64,000 bases of DNA from Octopus vulgaris (GCA_951406725.2 OX597831.1:28396001-28460000); one strand, 5' to 3'. Positions 39,903-53,478 are shown, counted from the first letter of the stretch. Numbers and translations are program-made. The notes: generated by a model not told the origin, from the sequence alone.

Positions 39903-40355
39903 TAATATATATACACACATGTATACATATATGCACACATACATATGTGTATCTGTGTGTATATACACATAACGTATAGATGCATATAAATATACACATA
40001 CACATATACGTGTATACATGTTTATCATATTCACACATACACGTTTGCATATATGCTTTATATATGCATGTACGTTTGCATGTATGCATGTGCACGTGCT
40101 TGAACATCAGTTACGTTGAAGGCACGACTGCATTCAACTTTAATCTTTGTTATTAATCATTAATCATAGTGTCAATTTCTTTAAAAACGCATGGTCTAGA
40201 ATGAAACAACAGAACTGTGTCTCTATATCAGAAGCCAAACCACTCTTTACAGGAAGACTTGAAGGAATTCAAAATAAATAAAAAATATGAAACAATCACA
40301 CCCATTTATACTCACAGACAATGTAAAAACAACAGCACGCACGCACACACACACA

Positions 40356-40403
<48 letters not shown>

Positions 40404-40779
40404 TACACACACAGATTACACAAACATCGCACACGTATATGCACACACATACACACAGACAAATCAACACTCATAAACATCTGTTTTCCAAGAACCTTTA
40501 TCCGCTTTCTTCACACTTACACATCCATATTTTTATTCCTTATTTGTTATTTATTCTAAACCTCGTTTCAATTCCTTGATGGTGGCCATATTTAGGCACA
40601 GTCACATGCAGTGGTCATTTACATGAAACCCAATATATTCTGGTATCGATCTCCGAAAGATACAGGAACCAAATATGTTCCGAGTATGAAGATGTGTTAT
40701 TGTTATCTATTAATCAATTAATCTATCTATCTATCAATCTGTCTTTGCAAAAAAAAAAAAAGAATTTTAACATGTGACT

Positions 40780-41092
40780 TCATTGACCGAGGTTATCGTG
40801 GTCTTTTCCGTAGGCTTTTCTTTCCACGAGTAAACCTCACCTGTCCTCCCCTTTACACTTCCTATTGACATTTCTGTGATAACGATCCCTATTGATCCAA
40901 TTTTTTTCCGACCCCTCCCCTTTTTTTTCTTTTAAATTTTATTTTATTCCCCCCTTTTTTTGTCCTCTTTCTTTCCATTCACGTTCCCTTTTGATCGAAA
41001 ACCAAATACCCTTCTTTTATCCTCAAAAGAAAAGCTCTATCTTGTAATTTTGTCCTGTCTGTGTGCAGCCCTGTGTGGCTAATAAAGAAACA

Positions 41093-41093
<1 letters not shown>
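40780..41093 (+). mobile_element. 3' UTR fragment of a Tx1-like LINE ending AATAAAGAAACA-(TATC)n
   Basis: 3' end GTGGCTAATAAAGAAA resembles 23381-23397 GTGGCAAATAAAGAAA; TATC repeats lie on both sides. Confidence 0.5.
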
Positions 41094-41184
<91 letters not shown>

Positions 41185-41274
41185 ACTTATGTATTATTGC
41201 TTGCTTTTATATTAAGTATAAAAACGTTGCCATAGATGCCTAGATCAGAAAGGTTGTCAATTTTGCATACAAGC

Positions 41275-41488
41275 AAGGCGGCGAGCTAGCAGAAACGTTA
41301 GCACTCCGGGCGAAATGCTTAGCAGCATTTTGTCTGTCTTTACGTCCTGAGTTCAAATTCCGCCGAGGTCGACTTTGCCTTTCATCCTTTCGGATTCGAT
41401 AAATTAAGTACCAATTACGCCCTGGGGTCGATGTAATCGACTGGCCCCTTCCCCAAAATTTGGCCTTGTGCCTAGAGTAGAAAAGAAT
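41275..41488 (+). mobile_element. SINE family B, full length, with TSD AATTTTGCATACAAG
   Basis: The 15-mer occurs at 41259-41273 and 41487-41500. Confidence 0.88.
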
Positions 41489-41629
41489 TTTGCATACAAG
41501 AATTCATACACATTTTTATTGTCTGTAGATTCTTTTAAATTTTGAAAATGTAATGCATTTTACTACACTCAGACTGTATTCTCATTCATTGTGTGTATAA
41601 ATTCTTTGGGACACACATGGTATGTATGC

Positions 41630-41830
41630 GACCACGTGTGTACCGTTGGCGATATTTTTCCTCCGTCTTCCCTTCTTTGGATCTTTCCTTTTCTTATGTT
41701 TCTGACGAAGAGTTCCGCTCGAAACGTTAAACCCTCCTTCTTTCCTGAGCGTCCAATAATACTATACTTGTTCCACGTCCTCGCGTTGTTGTGTTTTCTC
41801 TTTGTGTTTCATGTTTGGATTAACTATGTA
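41630..41830 (+). mobile_element. ~200-bp hammerhead-containing dispersed repeat (retrozyme or PLE pseudo-LTR fragment)
   Basis: Closely similar copy at 52253-52450; both end in TA/TG microsatellite. Confidence 0.75.
41698..41732 (+). ncRNA. Minimal type I hammerhead ribozyme
   Basis: GTTT-CTGACGA-A-GAG ttccg CTC-GAAA-CGT-T-AAAC: stem I GTTT/AAAC, intact core, palindromic ACGT stem III. Confidence 0.72.
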
Positions 41831-41940
41831 TATATATATATATATATACCCAGTGTATCAAAATTATACAAAATACAGAGACAGGTGTGGGAACAAGAAA
41901 CGAAGTCTGTTACTTTGACGCTCAGAAAATTGGAAGAAAT

Positions 41941-41976
41941 CTTTGACATTTCGAGCTTACGCTCTTTGTCAGAAAG
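41941..41976 (-). ncRNA. Minimal hammerhead ribozyme with core substitutions
   Basis: CTTT-CTGACAA-A-GAGC gtaa GCTC-GAAA-TGT-C-AAAG: stem I CTTT/AAAG, GUC triplet. Confidence 0.6.
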
Positions 41977-42067
41977 GAATGAGGAGAGAAAATACCTAAA
42001 GAGAGGGAAAAATGAAGAGAAGAGAAACAAAAAGTTGTCTGGATTATACATATCCATGTATAATACA

Positions 42068-42260
42068 ATTCTTCTTCTTCTTCTTCTTCTTCTTCTTCTT
42101 CTTCTTCTTCTTCTTCTTCTTCTTCTTCTTCTTCTTCTTCTTCTTCTTCTTCTTCTTCTTCTTCTTCTTCTTCTTCTTCTTTCTTTCTTCTTCTTCTTCT
42201 TCTTCTTCTTCTTCTTCTTCTTCTTCTTCTTCTTCTTCTTCTTCTTCTTCTTCTTCTTTC
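42068..42260. repeat. (CTT)n microsatellite
   Basis: Directly visible. Confidence 0.95.
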
Positions 42261-42880
42261 ATTCCGTCCTTCCTTTTCTTGTCCCTTTCCTCCTCATCCT
42301 CAGTTTCCCTGTCCTTCTTATCACTATCCTATTTGCTGTCATTTGTGTTCCCAAACGCGTGGTATGAGTGACGTTAGTGGCGGTGGTGGCGGCAGCGATT
42401 ACGGCGATGGCAGTGGTGTTGACGGTGAATTTCCTGTTGGCAGCGGTTAACAGCGGCATTGGTGTCAATGCTAACGCTGTTCGCGTCGGTGGTAGAAGTA
42501 CTCGTTGTGTCGATAGTCTTTCTAGTTGTGATGATATTACAGTTCGATGTGGTGGGAAAATCATCACTGGAGACAGTGTTGTAGTACATGGTTGTAGTCA
42601 CTAATGAAATTTATTGCCTAAGATTTAAAGAGGATCATAATTATGATTCGTGGAATAAACAGAATACCTGAGATAATTTCCTCTGGAGGGGAATATAACA
42701 TAATAATACTTGCCACATTAATCCTACATTAATCATTGTCGCTCCCCCAACTCCATTTTTCACCATCGGGTTCTTCATTTTCATAATTTACTTATTGCTC
42801 AGCAATGAAATTAACACTCTTCAGGTGAGAGGTATTTATATATAGATGAGTTGCCATACATACATACATACATACATACA

Positions 42881-42914
<34 letters not shown>

Positions 42915-43025
42915 GCGCCTACTAGCATCGATATATATATACTTCCATACAACCATGTATGTACGTTCGTATGTACGCTACATACTCATATGTAAGTATG
43001 TACGTTCATACTTACCTACCAACAC

Positions 43026-43074
<49 letters not shown>

Positions 43075-43086
43075 CGTGTGTGTGTG

Positions 43087-43143
<57 letters not shown>

Positions 43144-43286
43144 ATACGCATATGTATATGTATGTAAACGTATTTATACACACTCTTAAATGTATGTACG
43201 TACGTATATTTGTGTATATATTTGGTGTATCCATATATATTCTTATAAAAACGTTTAAACTCATATGTATACATATATGTATACAT

Positions 43287-43341
<55 letters not shown>

Positions 43342-43965
43342 AATATAAAAGTATATATATTGTATGTTGTATAGTTACATGTAGCATATATATATATAAA
43401 TATACACATACACAAACGGACACAGACACACAGATACACATGCATTCATATGAACAGACGCCTATCAACTGCAGTAGCTACAATAATTCTTGTTTCATGG
43501 GAAATATGTTTTTCTTCGGTTTATTTTTGTAAGCTAGAATCTACAACATTAATTACATTCTTCGCTGTTTTCACCATTTAAAAAAAAATCCTCTGACAGC
43601 AACACCATAAGTAACAATGTACGTCACTTCTATTTCTTCAGTTACTTTGCCCCCACTACACTTGCAACAGTCATGATGTTGTCCCAGCGGATGGCAGAGT
43701 GGAAGTGATTAGTTTGTGCAAAAGTCAGGAGAGAGTGAGGAGAAGAAATAAAATAAAATAACTCGTGTAAAAATGAAAGTTAAATTAATAAATTGCAGGA
43801 GAAGGATACATGCATACTTATATGAGTACATACGTAAATACACGAATACAGGAATACATGTATGCATAAATCTATACATACACACTCATGCGCACTTGCA
43901 TACACACACACACATAGTACATACATATACATACATACATACATATACATGCATATACATACATA

Positions 43966-44012
<47 letters not shown>

Positions 44013-44345
44013 TTATATATACTCACACATATATATATATTATTTTATTCTTTTACTTGTATCTATCTTTTGACTTCGACCATGTATCAAGGGAGATAGG
44101 TAAAGAGAAAAAGAGAGGAAAATAGCAATAGAGAGGGAGCGAGAGAGAAGGAGGGGAAAGGAGAGAGAGAGAGAGAGGAGAATAGATAAACAGAAAGGTA
44201 TAGGGGGATAGTGAGAGACATAATTAGGAGAGGTAGAAAGTGGAGAAAGAGAGAGAGAATTGAAGATCTGGTATGTTGTTAAGTTAATCTCTCTGTGTCT
44301 CTTTCACACATATACACAGACGCAGAAAGAAAGAAACATTCCTCT

Positions 44346-44409
<64 letters not shown>

Positions 44410-44509
44410 CACACACATACATATATGAAATTTATAGAAAAACAAAAGGAGACAGGTGGATGAACAACAAGCAGGTGTATTAGTTTGAAGCTCGGGAAAG
44501 TGAGAAAGT

Positions 44510-44545
44510 CTTTTACGTTTCGGACTTACTCTCTTCAACAGAAAG
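44510..44545 (-). ncRNA. Decayed minimal hammerhead ribozyme
   Basis: CTTT-CTGTTGA-A-GAGAGTAAGTCC-GAAA-CGT-A-AAAG; flanks resemble 41900-42000. Confidence 0.5.
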
Positions 44546-44992
44546 GAATAAAAGAAAATAAGCAGCGAGAGAAAAATAATAAAATAAATTTAGTGATCAA
44601 ACATATATATATATATATATATATTTCCTATCTTGTCTGTAATGGATTTGTGATTATTCGGTGGTACAGAAGTGTTTTTCGACTTCTATCATTGGCGATA
44701 TAGGTACTCATGTAGTACCCTTATGTATATATGTACATATCTAATATTGTATGTATATATTTTATTAATTTGCCTGTACGGCTAGTAATTCGCTTACCAC
44801 TTGTGATGGTATTTCAATAATACCATCCCTATGTGTATATATATCACGTCACTTCACGTGACCAACCAAACCATCAGATGTTGCTACACTTCGCTGGTCA
44901 CAATGCGTTCGCATTGTTTTAGCCTTCGAATGACGCCACCCGGCTGGCTAAGCGAGCCGGCCAATGTATATATATATATATATATACACACA

Positions 44993-45298
44993 CAGTTACG
45001 ACGACGGAGGTTCCAGTTGATCTGATCAACGAAACAGCCTGCTCGTGAAATGAACATGTAAGTGGTTGAGCACTCCACAGACACGTGTACCCTTAATGTA
45101 GTTCTCAGAGAGATTCAGTGTGACACAAGATGTGAGAAGGTTGGCCATCTGAAATACATGTACTACTCATTTTTGCCGGCTGAGTGGACTGGTGCAACGT
45201 GAAATAAAGTGTCTTGCTGAAGGACACAACGCGTCGCCGGGAATTGAACTCAAGACTTTAAGATCGAATACCCCAAGCACTAAACCACGCTCCTTCAC
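44993..45298 (-). mobile_element. SINE family D (3' half shared with family C)
   Basis: tRNA-like head plus CAAGACACTTTATTTCACG core; 3' part matches 51205-51375. Confidence 0.72.
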
Positions 45299-46053
45299 CG
45301 CTCCCCCCATACATATACGATATATACGTATGTGTGTGCGTATATGTGTATGGCCATGTGTGTTTATGAGTGTGTGTGTGTGTATGTCTTAGTGTTTGTG
45401 TTATAGTTGTTCCCCACCATCGTCTGACAACCGATGTTGCTTTGATCATATCTCCGTAACTTCAGCGAAAAGATTCAGCGAAAAGAAACAACTAGAATAA
45501 ATATTAGGCTTTAAAAGAAAATAAGTGCTGCAGTCTGTTTGTTCGACGCAACATTTCAAGATGTTGCATGTCCGCAGTTCAATGACTGAAACAAGTAAAA
45601 GATGATAGATAAAAGAGAAAAGATAAAAAATGCGTGGGTAAGATGTGTACTTTGAAGTCCCGTTTATTTCAAACACGTTTAGTAATGGGACTAGATTAAC
45701 CCAATTTGATTAGTTAAGTAATAGGAACCTTGATGCAAACCTTAAGGGTATTGTAATGGTCGGTAAATGAATTCCCAACTGAATGCTGAATTTCTTTTCA
45801 TTTTCATCAGCAAATTTTGTTTCATATTTTTTTTTCTTTCTTTAAATAATAATTTTGTGTTTTGTTAGTAAAGTTACAGTGACCTCCCTTCACAAGCAAA
45901 TGTACTTGGCAACCGTGAGCTTTCAACCAGAGTAAACAGATAGGTAGATAGATTGACAGACAGACACATAGATAGACATATAGACAAATAGATAGATAAA
46001 TAGGCAGTTATTTAGTTAGATAGATAAATAGATAGATAGATAGACAGAGAGAC

Positions 46054-46104
<51 letters not shown>

Positions 46105-46132
46105 AATGGATAGATAGATAGACAGACAAAGA

Positions 46133-46185
<53 letters not shown>

Positions 46186-46397
46186 GATAGATAAATAGGC
46201 AGTTAGTTTGTTAGTTAGATAGATAGATAGAAATATAGATAGATAGATAGATAGATTGACAGGCAGACAGACAGATAGATATATAGATATATAGATAAAT
46301 AAATAGATAGGTAGAGACAGATATAAAAATAGATTGATAGATACGCTTATAGAAATTTAAATAAACACATTATGACACGTTGACATATGCACACAAA

Positions 46398-46436
<39 letters not shown>

Positions 46437-46718
46437 AGACATAAAAAAGGTATACGTACATAGTTTTAAGAAACACAAATACAATTGCATCTACAGATTG
46501 TCGTTTAAATGTATGCCTACATGCAAATACACAGACTTGGTAAAAATATGAACAAAATAAGCAATGGAACGGATTTTGTAGAATTAGAAAAACAGTGGAA
46601 AAGATTATTTTTTTATTTGTATTTAACAGAAGAAATATAAATAGATTATAAGGAATTACCTGAAAAAACAAATCACGGTGAAACTAACAGTAGTAATATA
46701 AGATTGGCCAACTAATAA

Positions 46719-46787
<69 letters not shown>

Positions 46788-46791
46788 CTTA

Positions 46792-47380
46792 ACAAATCAG
46801 ACGGGGGAAGATGGAACTCGTTAGCCCGGATGGGAGGAAGTACTCCATGTAGGGGAAGAAAAAATCCTGATTTCAAGCCTCCACTGCTTGCGGCCATATC
46901 CAGCCATAGTAAGGTTTCGGGAGTAAACTCTGAACAAAAAATTGGAGTCGGATCCTCATTAAGACAGTCAGATGCTGTTCCCTATCTCGTTCTAGCAACC
47001 GTTGCAACGACACTGGTGCCGAATTGTTACAGCGTGCTGTGCCTTTGGATCAATCAATGATGTGGAAAGTGGAGACGAGCTGCTTTAAACACTTAATTGT
47101 CTTCCATACCATACTGCACAGGCTTGGATCATACTGAACACCTTGTACGAGAGAGGTAGGAGCGGACAGCGCAATGGAGAGGACACTCCGGCCTCGCCAA
47201 CGGCATCGACGCAACACGGACAGCAACGGTTACTAGTTGCAACTCAAACAGAACTAGGACAGTCTCATGAGTGCGTCTTGCGAGACTGTCATTCCTGCAT
47301 CTGACTCTTCCACAATTGACAAGGCTGCTCCAGTAGCGCGGACAACTGGGACCTTCATCCATGGTCATTAATGACACACG
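46792..47380 (+). mobile_element. Possible RTE-clade LINE 5' region relic
   Basis: GC-richer island containing GGGGAAGAAAAAATCCTGATTTCAAGCCTCCACTGCTTGCGGC, which recalls RTE 5' UTRs; from memory only. Confidence 0.35.
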
Positions 47381-47669
47381 AAGGCCTCAATATTTCATTA
47401 ATCCTTTTAATTAATTTTCGTCCAAAATGTAAATAAAGATTCTATACGAGGACTGCTTAAAAGTTTCTGGATTTGGCTGAAAAAGATGCATATTTAACGT
47501 ATTCCTTTCTCAGATTCATATAATTATTGCAGGGGTCCTTCACATGACTCTGGGTTCAGTACCATTGCGCGGCACCTTGAGCGAGTGTCTTCTACTATAG
47601 CACCGCTTCGTCGAAAGCTGTGTGAGTGAATTTGCTAGACGGAAACTGTGGAAGGCTGTTAGGTATATA

Positions 47670-47900
47670 TATGAGGGTGGGGATGGGGGTCTGAAATGTT
47701 CTTGGTTTCAGGTGAAAGAAAATACAAGCGGATCAGTTAATCATGATTTTATTCAACATATTCCCCTCCCAGATTCCCACACTTATTGCAGTGGTCCTTC
47801 AGTTTTTCTGAGCCCAGTAAAAGAACTCGGAAAGTTGGGCCTCCAATTAGGCCTGTCGCGATACCCTTAAAGCCTGGAACTTTCCAGTACCCAATCGTAT
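47670..47900. mobile_element. Mariner-type MITE, second copy
   Basis: Colinear with 31987-32209. Confidence 0.68.
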
Positions 47901-47972
47901 CTACATTACTTAGCAGGTAATCTTATAGAGCAGGACAAAGCTACAAATCAAATTATATATGAATATATATAT

Positions 47973-48379
47973 ACTCTTTTACTCTTTTACTTGTTTCAGT
48001 CATTTGAATGCGGCCATGCTGGAACACCGCCTTTAGTCGAGCAAATCAACCCCGGGACTTATTCTTTGTAAGCCCAGTACTTATTCTATCGGTCTCTTTT
48101 TGCCGAACCGCTAAGTGACGGAGACGTAAACACACCAGCATCGGTTGTCAAGCAATGCTAGGGAGACAAACACAGACACACAAACATACATATATATATA
48201 TATATATATATAGATATATACGACAGGCTTCTTTCAGTTTCCGTCTACCAAATCCACTCACAAGGCATTGGTCGGCCCGGGGCTATAGCAGAAGACACTT
48301 GCCCAAGATGCCACGCAGTGGGACTGAACCCGGAACCATGTGGTTGGTTAGCAAGCTACTTACCACACAGCTACTCCTG
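47973..48379 (-). mobile_element. SINE family A copy
   Basis: Very similar to 494-897. Confidence 0.88.
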
Positions 48380-49032
48380 TGAATATATGAATATATGAAT
48401 ATATGAATATATGAAAGCCCATATTTAAATGATGATGATGATTAGGTATCAGTTTAGTTCTCTAACGTTTGTAGCCTTATTTGACAAAACTTCGAAATCC
48501 TAGTAATTAATTGTTTGTAAGAAACAAGAATAATTCACCACAGGAATTTGGTGTTAATTATTGTTTCATATACACTTCAATAAATACGTTAATAGCAATT
48601 GAATTGGTTATATTTTACACTTGAGTAAGTGACCATCTCTCCTTGGATTCAGATTACTAGAATTTAATTTATGATTATGATGCACCAATGCTCACCCATA
48701 TATTCAGGCATCCATATGCACACATATTCATGTACAGAAACGTCCGCACATCTGTACGCATACACACACACACACACACACACACACATATTCTCACACA
48801 CACACATATATATATATATACACACACACGTACTCACAAAACATCTATATGAACATACAAACATTCATATATACATACACATATAGCAACGACGAGTTCG
48901 CTTGATTAACGCCAACCGCACGAATAGGTTTGAGGTATTAAATTGCATTACCAACACACAGTTACATTGATTATATACATGCCTACCTGCATAATTATTC
49001 ATCAATCCGTCTATCTATACACACACCCATCA

Positions 49033-49119
<87 letters not shown>

Positions 49120-49162
49120 ATGTCTGTCCGTCTGTCTGTCTGTCTGTCTGTCTATCTGTCTG

Positions 49163-49243
<81 letters not shown>

Positions 49244-49361
49244 TAATCAGCCGAAATTGCGAGGATGATACTGTTCTTGACTGAGGATTGAGGGCTTCGA
49301 ATGTCCCGTCCGTGTTTTTTGTGTCGTCTTCTTAATGTTTAGCGTTCTTGTCCCAGTTTGT

Positions 49362-49394
<33 letters not shown>

Positions 49395-49396
<2 letters not shown>

Positions 49397-49895
49397 CGAG
49401 CAAAGTAGCTAACTCTAAGCGAGATATAAGTGTTGTAACAATACTAGACGGTAACATTTTTCTGCCACTATAACATGGCTATTCTATAAAGAACTATGTT
49501 ATTATAGTTTAACCCTAGGAAAACGTCTTTTCCAACTGGTCAATATAGTAACATAGTCCTTTATAGACCTGCCATGTTATAGTGGCAAAACGTTGGCGTC
49601 TAGCATTGTTACTACTACTAATATCCCATTTAGAGATTTTAGAATTAGCTATTTTGCTCGTTACAGGATCAACGGCTGTCTGCCGCTTCTCTGTTGATAT
49701 ATTGTGAGTAGGGACGATTGATTGCTCTCTCTAGCAGGTAAGTGTCCAGTTCCGGTGAGAGGTAAAGACCCAGAAACTATGATCTACTAGTCTTGCCACG
49801 CTGGAGAGGTGTAATTCGCTTCTTCACTCACAAGGTATCGGACACAGTTTGTGTGTCGTTGACCAGCTGGAAAAGACGTTTTCCTGGGGGTTATA
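49395..49895. repeat. Inverted and circularly permuted repeat pair between (TA)n tracts
   Basis: 49397-49505 is the reverse complement of ~49547-49660, and 49510-49543 is the reverse complement of ~49859-49893. Confidence 0.7.
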
Positions 49896-50114
49896 TATAT
49901 ATAATTAAGGGTTTAGCAAAAAGTTGCTTCACCACATACCGAAAATTTCGAAATAGCAGCCAAAAGACAGCTAATTCTTTTAAACTACAAATATGACTCC
50001 ACAGACAACAATTAAAAATTAATAAATTAATAATTCTTTACCCTATATCTGTAATGAGTATATATATATATATTCAACACATATAATCTATATATATATA
50101 TATATATATTCAAC

Positions 50115-50182
<68 letters not shown>

Positions 50183-50184
50183 CA

Positions 50185-50328
<144 letters not shown>

Positions 50329-51197
50329 CACATATAATATGTATACCCGACTGGAATTCCGTATAGATTCTATCTACCAAATTGTACTCACAAAGCATTA
50401 GTCAACCCAACATGTAGCCTATGATTCGTTTAGTAGGCTTGAACCACGAACCATATGGTTATGAAACAAAAGTCTTATCCACACAACATTACCTGCTCTC
50501 AGTAAAAATAGAGAATAAATAGACATAGTAAATAAATGAATAATCAACGAGAAAGAAATCCTAACGAATATAAAGCTACTATGAATAAATAATAGCGGTG
50601 AAAGCAACGAAACCAAGCTTTCGCGCCTGTTTGGCTTTCGACTGGCTGACTGTAAAGGTCAGGTAAAAGTCAAGAAGTTGTTCGCAATAATCGATAAACG
50701 TGTAGAAACGCCAACTGGTTTTGTTATTTTCTCTTTCTTCATTTCTCTATCTCTGTCGTATTTAGCCAGTCGGAAATTAAATTTAAATTTCAAAGATGTA
50801 CTTGTCTAGTAAGTGACTTAATATTAGACTGTGTTTTAAAACTGAAGCAATTACAGTATAGAAGAACCATTCTATCCATTTGTCATTCTGAAAGGCACCC
50901 TGTACAATTTAACTATGTAAAAATACTGAAGACTATTACAGGGTGATAAATGTACTTGTGTAGTAAGTGACGTGATATGAAACTGAGTTAAAACAAGTAA
51001 TTACATTGTATAAGAAACATTTTAGTTTTTAGTAACACATAATTATGTTTAATTCTCTTTATTTCTTGTGGTGTCAAAATTTTGGTGGCATTACTGCAGA
51101 TCTTGGTCACTAACAGATTTCGAGTGAGGAAGTCGGCGAAGGTGTGCGAAAAAAAATGCTGACTTCTCATGAAATAAATTTTAATTTTTCTTTTTCT

Positions 51198-51578
51198 TGC
51201 ACTCCGTCGGTCACGACGATGAGGGTTCCGGTTGATCCGAACAACGGAACAGTCTGCTCGTGAAATTAACGTGTAAGTGGCTGAGCACTCCACAGACACG
51301 CGTACCCTTAACGCAGTTCTCGGGGATATTCAGCGTGACACAGAGAGTGACAAGGCCGGCCATTTGAAATACGGGTACAACAGAAACAGGAAGTAAGAGT
51401 GAGAGAAAGTTGTGGTGAAAGAGTACAGCAGGGATCACCACCATCCCCTGCCGGAGCCTCGTGGAGCTTTAGGTGTTTCCGCTCAATAAACACTCATAAC
51501 GCCCAGTCTGGGAATCGAAACCGCGATCCTATGACCGCGAGTCCGCTGCCCTAACCACTGGGCCATTGCGCCTCCACA
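51198..51578 (-). mobile_element. SINE family C, full length (tRNA-derived head)
   Basis: GGAGGCGCAATGGCCCAGTGGTTAGGGCAGCGGACTCGCG...GGTTTCGATTCCCAG with A and B boxes; copies at 33.4 and 36.0 kb. Confidence 0.85.
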
Positions 51579-51793
51579 AATTTTCATTTAGAGTGAATGA
51601 TTCGACAGTTTTGTGTACTTTTAACACTTTTCTTGTTCTATGTATCGCATGTGACGCACGGGAAATATTTCCTTGGTGTCTATGCATTATGTATGAAACG
51701 CATTCCCAATATTTTCAACCATTTTTTTCAACCAATTTTTTCTCAGAATAACTGAGAATTTTATATTAATCAGAATGTCCGAAACAAAGGCTA

Positions 51794-51861
<68 letters not shown>

Positions 51862-52252
51862 ATTGAGCAGCTGTTTCACAAACTTTACTCTCTCCCTCGT
51901 TGAGGAGAGTAAAATCTAGCTAGATGGTAGCAGTTCTTAGATTACTTTGTTCTCTTAATTTTTTTCGTTTTTGTTAACATTTTGTTTTCTCGTTCCACAT
52001 TTTCTCACTCCACATTTTGCAGCCACCTTACACTCGTTTTTCTTTTATCGTGTTTTCTCATCGACTAGCGTTCTGTTTTCAAACAAAGCAAGCCATGTTA
52101 TTTGAGCCGGAAAGATTTCTTGGAGATACAAAGCTTGATATATAAATTATAGTGTTTCCATAGCATGAAACTATTCATAGCTAATTTAAATACTGTGTAA
52201 ATTAAATGATATATACATGCATACATACATGCATATATATATACAGACATAT

Positions 52253-52450
52253 CGCGTGTGTATCGTTGGCGATTTTCCTTCTCCGTCTTCCCTTCCTTGG
52301 ACCTTTCCTTTTTCTATGTTTCTGAGGAAGAGCTCCGCTCGAAACGTTAAATCCTCCTTCTTTCTTTCCTTTCGTGAGCGTCCAATAACATTATACCTGT
52401 TCAACGTCCTCGTGTTGTGTTTTCCCTTTGTTATGTTTGGATTAACTATG
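52253..52450 (+). mobile_element. Second copy of the hammerhead-containing ~200-bp repeat
   Basis: Colinear with 41630-41830. Confidence 0.75.
52318..52352 (+). ncRNA. Minimal type I hammerhead ribozyme
   Basis: GTTT-CTGAGGA-A-GAGC tcc GCTC-GAAA-CGT-T-AAAT: intact core and 4-bp stem II. Confidence 0.72.
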
Positions 52451-52474
52451 TATATGTGTGTGTGTGTGTATGTA

Positions 52475-52507
<33 letters not shown>

Positions 52508-52886
52508 TATTTTTAGGAACGGACGATCTTAGACTGGCGGATGAGGTTTGCAATCCACTATGTAAACGCAGTTACTTATAGATTATTTGCTTCGAGATTC
52601 ACTGTTCTTAAAAAGAACTATGTCACGTTATCAAAATTTCTAAGTTCCAGAGACATCAGCAACACACTCGCTAACAACGACTACACACATACACAGTAAC
52701 AAACATATAAACATATGCTGTAACAGACTATACACACGCATGCACATATATATACACTTTCCTTCTGGTTTAGAAGACTGATTGATTAGAAGTCTTTTAT
52801 AACAATGTTTAGGAGTGGGTGGTGGTGTGACGGGAAAGAAAGAGAGACGGTGAGAAATAGTGAAGAAAGACATATGAGAGTTAGAT

Positions 52887-52926
<40 letters not shown>

Positions 52927-53134
52927 ATAGAAAGACAGAGAGAGGGGGACATAGACCGAGATACAGTTAGAGTGAGAGTGAAGGAGTGCCGGAGATAGAA
53001 ATGTGTACAAGTTTTTGTTTTTTTTGCAAAAAGGGTAATCAAGACATCTGAAAGGAAATGGTGTCATTAAAGCAGCATTTTCTGATGACATCCATCAACA
53101 ATGATTTTCTTCTTCTTAATAGTCTGCATCGTAA

Positions 53135-53478
53135 TCGTCATCATCATCATCCTCATCATCCTCATCAGCTTCATCATCACCATCATCATCATCATTACCA
53201 CCACCATTATCATCATCATCATCATCGTCGTCGTCATCATCATCATCATCATCATCGTCATCATCATCATCGTCGCCATCATCATCATCATCGTCACCAT
53301 CATCATCATCATCATCATCATCACCCCATCAGCTTCATCATCATCGTCGTCATCATCATCATCATCATCACCATCATCATCACCACGACCACCACGACCA
53401 CCACCACCATCACGACCACGACGACGACGACCGCCGCCACCACGACGATGACCACCACCATCATCATCATCATCATCT
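53135..53478. repeat. (CAT)n/(CAC)n triplet array
   Basis: Directly visible. Confidence 0.95.

Noticed and set aside
41591-42367. 258-aa ORF
   Set aside because: Spans the hammerhead repeats, (TA)n and (CTT)n; a composite of non-coding repeats.
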